This document shows, in pieces, positions 39,819 through 48,514 of a DNA stretch of 64,000 bases (position 1 is its first letter; every line of letters starts with the position of its first letter). The translations under genes and the position numbers were made by a program. The stretch lies in assembly GCA_963849735.1 (NCBI GenBank), contig CAWKJE010000012.1:193199-257198 (forward strand), in the 5' to 3' direction. Source of the stretch: an uncultured delta proteobacterium (lineage in GTDB: Bacteria; Myxococcota_A; Polyangia; Fen-1088). Under the pieces are notes generated by a model that saw only the letters and a list, made by a program, of their open reading frames with translations, searched no databases and was not told the DNA's origin.

Positions 39819-39904
39819 ATCGGTGCCGCCGCCGACGAGGGGCTCACTTGCGGGTGCGGGCCGGGCTCGGCGAGGGTGGGGTGGCGCTCGTGGAGCTGAG
39901 CTGG

Positions 39905-41062
39905 CTACCCGTGCAGCTGGGCCAGCAGGGCGAGGTAGCGCGGCAAGAGGGCGGCGATGGAATAGTCGGCTTCCACCCGCAGGCGTGCGGCCCGGCCAAC
40001 GCGGCGACGCAGCTCCGGATCGTCGATCAGTCTGACGAGGTGCTCTTCCCATTGTTCAGCGGAATCCGCCAAAAATCCGTCGCTGCCCGGGGTGATCACC
40101 TCGGTGTTGGTCCCCACCGGCGAGGCCACGGCGGGGCGACCGATCGCCATGTATTGCAGCAGCTTGAACGCGCACTTGCCCCGGGCGTAGGGGCTGTCGG
40201 GAAGGGGCATGACTCCGATATCGATCCGGGTCAGGTCGGGGACCTCGCGCGTGGCCACCCAGGGTAGGTAATCCGGGCGCAGATCCGAGAGCAGGGCGGG
40301 AGGTGGCTTGTCGCAGATGACGAGGAAACGGGCGCCGGTGCGTCGGAGGGCGGCGGCTATGCCCCGCTGGGCGGTGGCGAGTTGGGGGTAGTTGCCGGCG
40401 GTTCCCGTCCAACCGACCACCACCTGCGGCCCAACCGTCGAGCGGGTGGCTTGCCCGGCGAAGCGGACAGTATCGATGGCCGTCGGGATTACCGCGGTCT
40501 TCTCGGGAGCAGCCGCAGCTTCCGCCAAGGTGCGATTGCCGGCGATCACTCGGTCCACGCAGCCAACCAGGCGCGCTAGCTTTGCGCGGCCGCCCCGGTT
40601 GAGATAGATGGCATCGTCGAAATCGAATATCGATTTGCGCCCGCGGGCCGCCCAGCGCTCGAGCCCAATCCAGGGCCACTCGAACATGGGCCGCTGGAAG
40701 AAGACGATATCGCTCTCGCGCAGATCGCGCAGCTGGGTCAAGCGCGAGATCAGCGCTGCGGGATAGAAGAGGGGGCGCCAATTGCGCAAGGGGCGAGGCA
40801 GGCGAGTGTCGCCGTATACACTTGGCACCGCCGCTCGTAGCGAGCTGCCCACACCCGCGCCGGCCAGGGCGCGTGCTATGGCAAAGCCGCGGGCTCGGGC
40901 GGCCGGGACATCACGTCCCTGCAGAAAAAATACCACCCGGCGCTCGGGCGGAATGAGGGGGGGCGCCGAGGAGGGCGAAAGGCCGGGCACACCGTCCACG
41001 GGGTTTGGTCTGTGCGTCAAAGGACTGGGCAGAGTTTTGGCATGTATTGACGCGAAAAGCAC
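39905..41062 (-). CDS. Glycosyltransferase (GT1/GT4 family)
   Basis: C-terminal GT-B domain ...ADSAEQWEEHLVRLIDDPELRRRVGRAARLRVEADYS. Confidence 0.6.
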   Translation of the reverse strand: MLFASIHAKTLPSPLTHRPNPVDGVPGLSPSSAPPLIPPERRVVFFLQGRDVPAARARGFAIARALAGAGVGSSLRAAVPSVYGDTRLPRPLRNWRPLFYPAALISRLTQLRDLRESDIVFFQRPMFEWPWIGLERWAARGRKSIFDFDDAIYLNRGGRAKLARLVGCVDRVIAGNRTLAEAAAAPEKTAVIPTAIDTVRFAGQATRSTVGPQVVVGWTGTAGNYPQLATAQRGIAAALRRTGARFLVICDKPPPALLSDLRPDYLPWVATREVPDLTRIDIGVMPLPDSPYARGKCAFKLLQYMAIGRPAVASPVGTNTEVITPGSDGFLADSAEQWEEHLVRLIDDPELRRRVGRAARLRVEADYSIAALLPRYLALLAQLHG

Positions 41063-41221
41063 GGATGCGCCGCTGCGTCGCCGGTGCTCTCGATCGAGCT
41101 CTCGCGTCCTGGAGCTAATCGGGAGCAGATGCGGTCCACAGCGACGGGCTGCTTGCTGCGCGGCGGCGTGGGCGAATGGCCTCCGTGCCAGGGTGAAATG
41201 CTGCTAATGTGCGCGCACCCG

Positions 41222-43756
41222 ATGGCTTCCCCAATGCACAGTCGGGTGAGCAAGTACCACGGCTGGCTCATCCGCAACTCCGCGAAGGTCTTGCTAGCGG
41301 TCTTCCTCATCGGCGCCGGCGCGGCGGCGTTGGCGGCCAGGCTCGAGCTGCGGACCGCGTTCGTCGAGCTTTTGCCCAGCAACGATCCGGGCGTGATCGC
41401 GCTGCAGCGCACGCAGAGGCGGATGGGGGACATGTCGCTCCTCCTTATTGGCATCTCTTCGCCCGACTACGCCGCGAACCTGCGCTACGCCGAGGCGCTC
41501 ACCCAGCGGTTGCGCGCGCTCCCGCCCAACGTTATCAACCTGGCCGCCTACGAGTTTCACGACCTGCGCAGCTTCTTCAAGCAGAACAAGTGGTTGTTCG
41601 TGTCGGAGGCCGACCTGGAGGCCATCCGCGACCGCTTACACAACGAGATCGGCAAGCGCAAGAACCCGCTCTTCGTCTCGCTCGAAGACGAAGAGCCGCT
41701 CGACAAGATGGAGAACCGCCTCGAGCGCAAAAATGGCCTCGACGAGCGATTCCCGGACGGGGTCTTTGCCAGCAAGGACGGTCAATATGTCTGGATTGCC
41801 GCTCTCCCGCCCGGCGGCCTGTTCGTGGAGCACGCCGGCGAGGCCCTCTTCGCTGCCGCCCATCGGCTCATCAAGGAGAATCCGCCCGCGGCCTTCCAGC
41901 CCCAAATGCGCGCCGAGGTGGCGGGACCCATCGCCACCGGCATCGCCAACCGGGATGCGGTGGTCAACGACCTCATTGCCGTCACCACCACCTGCATCGT
42001 GATCGTCGTCCTCTCCATCGGCTTCTACTTTCGCCGCTTACGTGCCGTTCCGCTGACCGGGATCCCGGCGGCGGTGGGGGCGGCGGTAGCCTTTGCGGTG
42101 GCGGAGCTGGCTTTCGGCTATCTGACCGAGTCGACCGCCTTCCTCGGCTCCATCATCGTGGGCAACGGGATCAACTACGCCATCGTCCTGATGTCGCGCT
42201 ACGAAGAGCAGCGTGCGCGGGGCGCCGCTCCCGACGAGGCGCTCGGTCAGGCCATAGCCGGTACCTGGCGCGGCACACTGGTGGCGTCGATCGCGGCCTC
42301 GGCTGCCTACGCCTCGCTCATGGTGACCAGCTTTCGCGGTTTCTATCACTTCGGGGTGATGGGGGCGGTGGGGGCGCTGTCGTGCTGGCTCGCCACCTAT
42401 ACCGTGCTGCCCGCGCTGCTCTGGCAACTCGACGGGCGGGGGCGAGCGGGCCGCGGCCGGCTGCCCCGCTCGCCGGTCGAGCTCGGGCCGCTGGCGCGCT
42501 TCATCGGGCGCCACGGGGCTGCGGTCAGCGTCGGCTTCATCGTGCTCGGGCTGGGCGGTGTGGTCGGGCTGCGCTACTTCCTCAAGGATCCGTTCGAGTA
42601 CAATTTTCGCAAGCTCAGCATCAGGACGCAGCCGAGCCAGGAGACCCAGCGCTTCAACGACAGCCTCGAGAGCTTGTTCGGGCGCTGGCCTTCGCCCACC
42701 ATCGTGCTGGCTGACTCGATCGACGAGGTCGATCCGATCAAGCAGACTATTCGCAGGCAGGACCACGACCACCCGGGACCCGAGGTCGTCGGCGACGTGG
42801 TCACCATCTACGATCTCCTGCCGGGTACCCCGGCGGCGCAGCAGCGCAAGCTCGACATCATCGCGCAGATTCGCAAGCTGACTCACGATCCGGCGCTGTC
42901 GTCACTAAATGAGAAGGAGAAGGCCGACCTGGCCAAGGTCGATCCGCCGGAGGGACTGCACGCCCTGGCGCCGGCCGAGCTGCCACCGCTCGCGCGCCGA
43001 CCTTTCACCGAGACCGATGGCACTCTGGGGCGGGTGGTGCTGGTCTACCCCCCCGAGCGCGGCATGTCGGTGTGGGACGGGCGTGCCCTGCTGCGCATCG
43101 CTGGCGTACTGCAGTATTTGCATCTGCCGAGCGGGAAGGTGATCGAGACCTCGGGCTCCGCGGTGGTGTTCGGGGCCATGATCCGCTCAGTGGTGCGCGA
43201 CGGACCCATCGCCACCGCTGCTTCCCTCATCGCGGTGCTCATCATCGTCATCCTCACCATCCGCCCCGCCAGAGCGGCGCTGGTCGCGCTGGGCACCCTG
43301 CTGCTCGGGGTCGTGATGATGGTGGGGGCGGCCGGCTGGGCCGAGGTGCGTGTCACGTTCCTCAACTTCATTGCCCTGCCCATCACCTTCGGTATCGGCG
43401 CCGAATACGCCCTCAATGTCATCACTCGCTACCGCGAGGAGCGTAACGTCTTGCGCGCCATCGTCTCCACCGGGGCGGCGGTAGCCCTCTGCTCGTGGAC
43501 CACCATCGTGGGCTACGGCTCACTGCTGGCGGCGCGCAACCGCGCCTTGCAAGGCTTCGGAGCCATGGCCATCCTGGGCGAAATCTCCTGCCTGTCGGCC
43601 GCCATCGTGGCCCTGCCCGCCTTCTTGACCTGGCGCCAGGCGCGCGTGCTTTACGCCCACTCGCCGCCCCGCGTGGAGGAGCGCGCCCGGGCCGCCGACC
43701 GTAGCAACCCAGACCCGGCGTTGCTGCACGACGATAGCAGCGCCCGCACTTCGTGA
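41222..43756 (+). CDS. MMPL-family (RND superfamily, HpnN-like) exporter, copy 1
   Basis: Two 6-TM bundles, each followed by a large periplasmic loop. Paralog of 48512..50983 (AALAARLELRTAFVELLPSNDPGV vs AWLAAHLELRTAFSELLPSNDPGV). Confidence 0.75.
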   Translation: MASPMHSRVSKYHGWLIRNSAKVLLAVFLIGAGAAALAARLELRTAFVELLPSNDPGVIALQRTQRRMGDMSLLLIGISSPDYAANLRYAEALTQRLRALPPNVINLAAYEFHDLRSFFKQNKWLFVSEADLEAIRDRLHNEIGKRKNPLFVSLEDEEPLDKMENRLERKNGLDERFPDGVFASKDGQYVWIAALPPGGLFVEHAGEALFAAAHRLIKENPPAAFQPQMRAEVAGPIATGIANRDAVVNDLIAVTTTCIVIVVLSIGFYFRRLRAVPLTGIPAAVGAAVAFAVAELAFGYLTESTAFLGSIIVGNGINYAIVLMSRYEEQRARGAAPDEALGQAIAGTWRGTLVASIAASAAYASLMVTSFRGFYHFGVMGAVGALSCWLATYTVLPALLWQLDGRGRAGRGRLPRSPVELGPLARFIGRHGAAVSVGFIVLGLGGVVGLRYFLKDPFEYNFRKLSIRTQPSQETQRFNDSLESLFGRWPSPTIVLADSIDEVDPIKQTIRRQDHDHPGPEVVGDVVTIYDLLPGTPAAQQRKLDIIAQIRKLTHDPALSSLNEKEKADLAKVDPPEGLHALAPAELPPLARRPFTETDGTLGRVVLVYPPERGMSVWDGRALLRIAGVLQYLHLPSGKVIETSGSAVVFGAMIRSVVRDGPIATAASLIAVLIIVILTIRPARAALVALGTLLLGVVMMVGAAGWAEVRVTFLNFIALPITFGIGAEYALNVITRYREERNVLRAIVSTGAAVALCSWTTIVGYGSLLAARNRALQGFGAMAILGEISCLSAAIVALPAFLTWRQARVLYAHSPPRVEERARAADRSNPDPALLHDDSSARTS

Positions 43757-43799
43757 CGACCCCCTGACCAGGCAGAGGAAGTCGGGTAGCATAGCGCGC

Positions 43800-44837
43800 G
43801 TGAGCTCGACGCCAGCGGTATCTCTCGTCATCCCTTGCTACAACGAGGAGGACTCCCTGCCGCCTCTCCTGGCTAAGCTGGATGGGGTGGTGGGCGATCT
43901 CGAGCGGCGGGGTATCAGGGCGGAGATCATCATGGTCGACGATGGCAGCCTAGACCGGACCGGGGATTTGCTGCGCATCGCGGTGGGGACGCGACCCTTC
44001 CTCAAGAGCATTCATCTGGCGCGCAACTTTGGCCAGACGGCCGCGATGGCGGCCGGCTTTGACGCCGCCCGTGGCTCTGTGGTCATTCCGCTCGACGCCG
44101 ACTTGCAGAACGACCCCGCCGACGTGGAGGCCCTGCTCGCCAAGCTAGATCAAGGTTACGACGTGGTGTCGGGCTGGCGCCGTCAGCGCCAGGATTTGCT
44201 CGTGACGCGGAAGGTGCCATCGTGGCTGGCCAACCGTTTGATCTCGGCAGTGTCGGGGGTCCGCCTCCACGACTACGGCTGTACCCTCAAGGCATATCGT
44301 CGAGCCGTGCTGCAGGATCTGCACCTCTATGGCGAGATGCATCGGTTCATCCCCATCTATGCGGCGCAGCGCGGGGCCCGGGTTACTGAGATCCAGGTCC
44401 ACCACCACCCTCGGCGCTACGGCAAGACCAAGTACGGGCTGGGGCGAGTGCCCAACGTGATACTCGACCTGGCGCTGGCCCAGATGTTGTGGAAATTCGG
44501 TACCAAGCCCATGCACCTCTTTGGCAAGTTCGGCTTGGGCAGCATTGCCCTTTCCCTCCTGTTCTTCATGGCCATGGTCTGGTTCAAGCTCTGGGGGGCG
44601 AAGGATTTCGTGGAGACGCCGTTGCCTCACCTGACGGTGATGTGCTTCCTGGTGGGTTGCCTTTCCATCCTGATGGGATTGCTCGCGGAAATGACCATGC
44701 GCACGTATTACGAAACCTCAAAAACCGCGACCTATCTGGTGCGGGAAATTTGCTCGGGAGAAGGGGTGGCGGGCGAGGTGCCAGCCGGGGCTTCGGCAGC
44801 GCTCGGTCCTTCCCGACCGGCCCAGCCTGAATCCTAG
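43800..44837 (+). CDS. GT2 polyprenyl-phosphate sugar transferase (DPM1/GtrB/ArnC-like) with C-terminal TM helices
   Basis: VSLVIPCYNEEDSL, MVDDGSLDRT, a DAD DXD motif and two C-terminal TM helices. Confidence 0.8.
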   Translation: MSSTPAVSLVIPCYNEEDSLPPLLAKLDGVVGDLERRGIRAEIIMVDDGSLDRTGDLLRIAVGTRPFLKSIHLARNFGQTAAMAAGFDAARGSVVIPLDADLQNDPADVEALLAKLDQGYDVVSGWRRQRQDLLVTRKVPSWLANRLISAVSGVRLHDYGCTLKAYRRAVLQDLHLYGEMHRFIPIYAAQRGARVTEIQVHHHPRRYGKTKYGLGRVPNVILDLALAQMLWKFGTKPMHLFGKFGLGSIALSLLFFMAMVWFKLWGAKDFVETPLPHLTVMCFLVGCLSILMGLLAEMTMRTYYETSKTATYLVREICSGEGVAGEVPAGASAALGPSRPAQPES

Positions 44838-46759
44838 CCGGAGCCCCAGCGCCCCAGCCAGCGCTCGAAGGTGAGCAGGGTCCACAGAGCCTTGCGCCAG
44901 TCGCGGCGACCCGACAGGTGGTCGTCGACCAGACGACCGACTTGCCCGGGATCGAACAGGCCCTCGCCCTTGATCTTGGCGGGCGCCAGCTCATCACGCA
45001 GGAGCGGGGCGAGCTCGGCGCGCAGCCAGCGGGCCACGGGCATGGCGAAGCCTTGCTTCTTGCGGGCCAGGATTTCCCGGGGTAGCCGGCGCGCGAGCGC
45101 GCGTTTGAGCACGAACTTGGGCGAGCGCCGGCGCAGGCGCAGGTTGGCGGGCAAGCGACAAGCGAAGTCGACCAAGGCGGTGTCGAGAAAGGGGGCGCGC
45201 ACCTCGAGGCCGACGGCGCCAGAGGCGCGGTCTACCTTGGTGTTTATGTCGTCGGGTAGGTAAAAGCGCAGGTAGAAATCGAGCAGCTTGTCCGCAGCGC
45301 GCTGGGCGGGGCCTTGCGCCGCGCGGGCCCGGACTTGCGCCAGGGGATGGTCGGCCTGCAGGGCATGGTAGAGATCCGGAGCGAGCAGCGAGGCATGCTG
45401 CTCGGGTGGGAACGAGGCCAGCCAACGCTGATGGCGCTCGGGTCCGTGGGAGGGGCCGCCCTGCAGGAATTGGTTGATCTTGAAGTCGAGGCTGAAGTAG
45501 CCGCTGCCGGCGGGCAGCCAGCGGGCCAGGCTCGCCACGGCCTGCTGCAAGAGCCGTGGCGCGCCGTCGAAGTACAGGCGTCCCCAGGCCTCGGCCAGGA
45601 AGGTCTGATAGCCGGCGAAGAGCTCGTCGCCGCCATCCCCGCCCAGCGCGACGGTTACCTGCCGGCGGGCAAAGGCGGAAAGGAGATAGGTGGGCACTAC
45701 CGAAGCGTCGGCGAAGGGCTCGTCGAGAAAGTCGGTCACCGCGGGCAAGACCTCGAGCAGGGTGCGGGGCTGCAGCCGTTCTTCGTGATGCACAGTCCCG
45801 AGCAAGCCGGCCACCCGGCGCGCATGGCCGCTCTCGTCAAACGACGCTTCGGAGAATCCCACCGAGAAGGTGTGGACATTGCCCGCCCCAGCCAAGTCGG
45901 TGGCCAGCGCCGCCACCGCTGAAGAATCGATTCCGCCCGAAAGAAAGATGCCCACCGGGACGTCCGCGACCAGGCGCCGGCGGATGGCAGCGCGCAGGAG
46001 CGAGCGCAGCTCCTCGGCCGCGTCCTCATCGCTGACCGCGACCGGTTGCACGGGAAAGCGCAGATCCCAGTACCGGTCGATGCGCGGCTCGCTGATAGCG
46101 TCACCGGTAGCCGTGATGCGCAGGCGCTCGCCCGCGCCCAGCTTACGGGCACCGCGAAAGATGCTGAACGGCGCGGGCACGTATTCGTGGACGAGATAGC
46201 GAGCCAACGCCTGGGGATCCAGGCGACGATCGAAGCCGGGAACGCACACGAGTGCCTTGAGCTCGGAGGCAAAGGCGACCAGGGGTGGCCGACCCGCCCT
46301 GGCTATGAGGGAGAAGTAGAAGGGCTTCTTGCCCATACGGTCGCGGGCAGCCAGCAGGCGGCGCTGGCGTGCGTCCCACAAGGCAAAAGCGAACATGCCG
46401 TCGAGGTGGGCCACGACTTCGTCGCCCCATTCCTCGTAGCCATGCACGATGACCTCGGTATCGCAGCGTGAGCGAAAGACGTGCCCCCGGGCCAGCAGCT
46501 CCGCGCGCAAGCCTTGAAAGTCGTAGATCTCCCCGTTGAACACCACCTGGACGCTGCCGTCCTCGTTGCCGAGCGGCTGGGCGCCGGCAGGGCTCAGATC
46601 GATGACGGCCAGCCGACGGTGGCCCAAGGCCACCCCGGGCGCGCGCCAAAACCCCTCGCCGTCGGGGCCCCGCGGCGATAGCGTTTGCGTCATGGCCACG
46701 ATCACAGATGGATCCAACGCGGCCCCCGTGGGATCCCAAAGACCTGCAATACCGCACAT
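44834..46759 (-). CDS. Asparagine synthetase (glutamine-hydrolysing) family amidotransferase, copy 2
   Basis: MCGIAGLW N-terminus and SGGIDSS. 641 aa. Paralog of 36373..38286. Confidence 0.85.
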   Translation of the reverse strand: MCGIAGLWDPTGAALDPSVIVAMTQTLSPRGPDGEGFWRAPGVALGHRRLAVIDLSPAGAQPLGNEDGSVQVVFNGEIYDFQGLRAELLARGHVFRSRCDTEVIVHGYEEWGDEVVAHLDGMFAFALWDARQRRLLAARDRMGKKPFYFSLIARAGRPPLVAFASELKALVCVPGFDRRLDPQALARYLVHEYVPAPFSIFRGARKLGAGERLRITATGDAISEPRIDRYWDLRFPVQPVAVSDEDAAEELRSLLRAAIRRRLVADVPVGIFLSGGIDSSAVAALATDLAGAGNVHTFSVGFSEASFDESGHARRVAGLLGTVHHEERLQPRTLLEVLPAVTDFLDEPFADASVVPTYLLSAFARRQVTVALGGDGGDELFAGYQTFLAEAWGRLYFDGAPRLLQQAVASLARWLPAGSGYFSLDFKINQFLQGGPSHGPERHQRWLASFPPEQHASLLAPDLYHALQADHPLAQVRARAAQGPAQRAADKLLDFYLRFYLPDDINTKVDRASGAVGLEVRAPFLDTALVDFACRLPANLRLRRRSPKFVLKRALARRLPREILARKKQGFAMPVARWLRAELAPLLRDELAPAKIKGEGLFDPGQVGRLVDDHLSGRRDWRKALWTLLTFERWLGRWGSG

Positions 46760-46784
46760 GCTAGCCAGGTTAGCCTAGCTGGGG

Positions 46785-48514
46785 CTAGAGTCGGCCTAAT
46801 TGTCGGGGCCTAAATTGTCGGGAAGGATCGGCGCGTTCGCCGCCGGCAGCTTGGCAGCTGCGCTCGGGACCGAGGTGGTAGATGACCACCTCGTCGGGGC
46901 CCTCCCGGAAGCGACGTTCCTCGACGAAGGGGGAGAGATCGACGTTGCCTTGGTAGCGAAGCTCGGGGTCGAAATCGGGGTCGAAGGCCGCGAAGGTACG
47001 AATCCGAGCGTCGACATAGAGCACCGGACCAGCAAATCCGCCGGCGCGCGCCCGCCGCACGCGCGCACAGTAATCGTAGTCATGCCTGGGCGGCGCCGTG
47101 GTGGGCGAGACCATCCGCTCGTTGCGGTGATCGAGGGCGGGCAAGGGCGCCCCGCTCTCGGTCTCGACCCAGGTCTGAGCGCGCAGGGCCTGGGGCAGTA
47201 CGTTGGTGAGGCAGCCCCCGTGGCAGCGCTCTTCCAGATAGGGAACAGCGAGGTTGATGGCCCGGCTGTTGGTTACGCCGAGCTTGCCCATGCCAACCGT
47301 GATGGCTAGCGCCGCGACCAAGGTTACCGCGGCCAGCGCGCGCGCCCACTGCGGGCCAAGACGGCCGGCCAGGCGATCGGCCCCGCGCGCCAACGCAAGC
47401 ACGAGCGGCACGGCGATGCTGACATAGTAGGCCGGGTTTTGCTGGGGGATGAGCAGCATGCCCAGGGGTAGGGCATAGGCGGCCAAGATCCACGCGCGCG
47501 CCAAACCCGGTCTTGGGACGGGCACGATGCCGCGCACCCCGAGCGTCGCCAATCCCACGCCGATCGGGGTAAGCCCGTACAGCCAGAGCAACACGGCGAG
47601 CATGTCGATCGGCTTGGTCAGAAAGCGTAGCAGGGCAAACCCGGGATGGTGAAGCAAAGCGTGGACAAGGCTGCCGTGGTTGTCGGCGAAGGAACCCAGG
47701 TAGGTGACGGCGGCGCGGTAGCGTCCATACTCGGTGCCGGGGAGATGGGGATACATCAGGAGGGGTAGGCCGTCGTAGAAGGTGTAGAAGGCGTAGGTTT
47801 TCTCGGCGGTGGCGCTGCCCGCGAGCGCCCGACGTATGAGCAACACGGCCGCCGTGCCGGTTAGGGCACCGGCGGCCAGGGCGAGGGCGGCCCGGCGGGG
47901 ATGGGCAGCACCCGGCATGCGCCGGCCGAAAAACCACAACAAGATGGCCCCCGCCGCGCAGGCCGCCAACCCCTCATAGCGCCCGGAGCTGGCCGCCGCG
48001 GCGAGCAGGACCAGCAGGACGAGCGCTGGCCCCCGGGTCGCTGGCGTGCGCGGCACGAGGGCAACCCGGGTTGCCAGGGCCAAGGCCCCTGCGGTCAAGC
48101 CGGCCGCCAGGGTCACGCCGAGGTTGTTGCGGCCCGACTGCGCGGCCAGGAGCGGCACCAGGGCGAGAGTCGCGATCAGAGTGAGCCTGCGGCGTCGCGT
48201 GGCTTGGGGCCAGATGAAGCAGGCTAGGCCGAGCGTGCCCAGCGCGAGCGCGAGATGGGCCAGCAGGTACACCGCCTCGTTGGCGCGCAGGGCCGAAAGT
48301 CCCAGCGATCGCGCGCCCACGAGCGCGAAGTAGGCGAGGGGCTGTTCCTCGGCGACTTGCGTGCGGCCGAGGGCCAAGAGCCTGGCGTGATCGAGGTAGG
48401 CGAGGTTCATCCAGCCGATGTCCCAGCCAAACCTCGCCAGGTAGGCAAGGCGCGCGGCCAGGACGGCCGCCGCGCCGCCTAGGAAGCTCTTGGTCGACCA
48501 AGTCGAGCTGATCA
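46785..48514 (-). CDS. Polytopic membrane protein with a C-terminal extracytoplasmic domain (possible GT-C-like or polymerase role); start uncertain
   Basis: About 12 TM helices. The listed ORF extends far upstream into the MMPL copy 2 gene, which is implausible. The candidate starts are TTG near 48514 or ATG 48410. Confidence 0.45.
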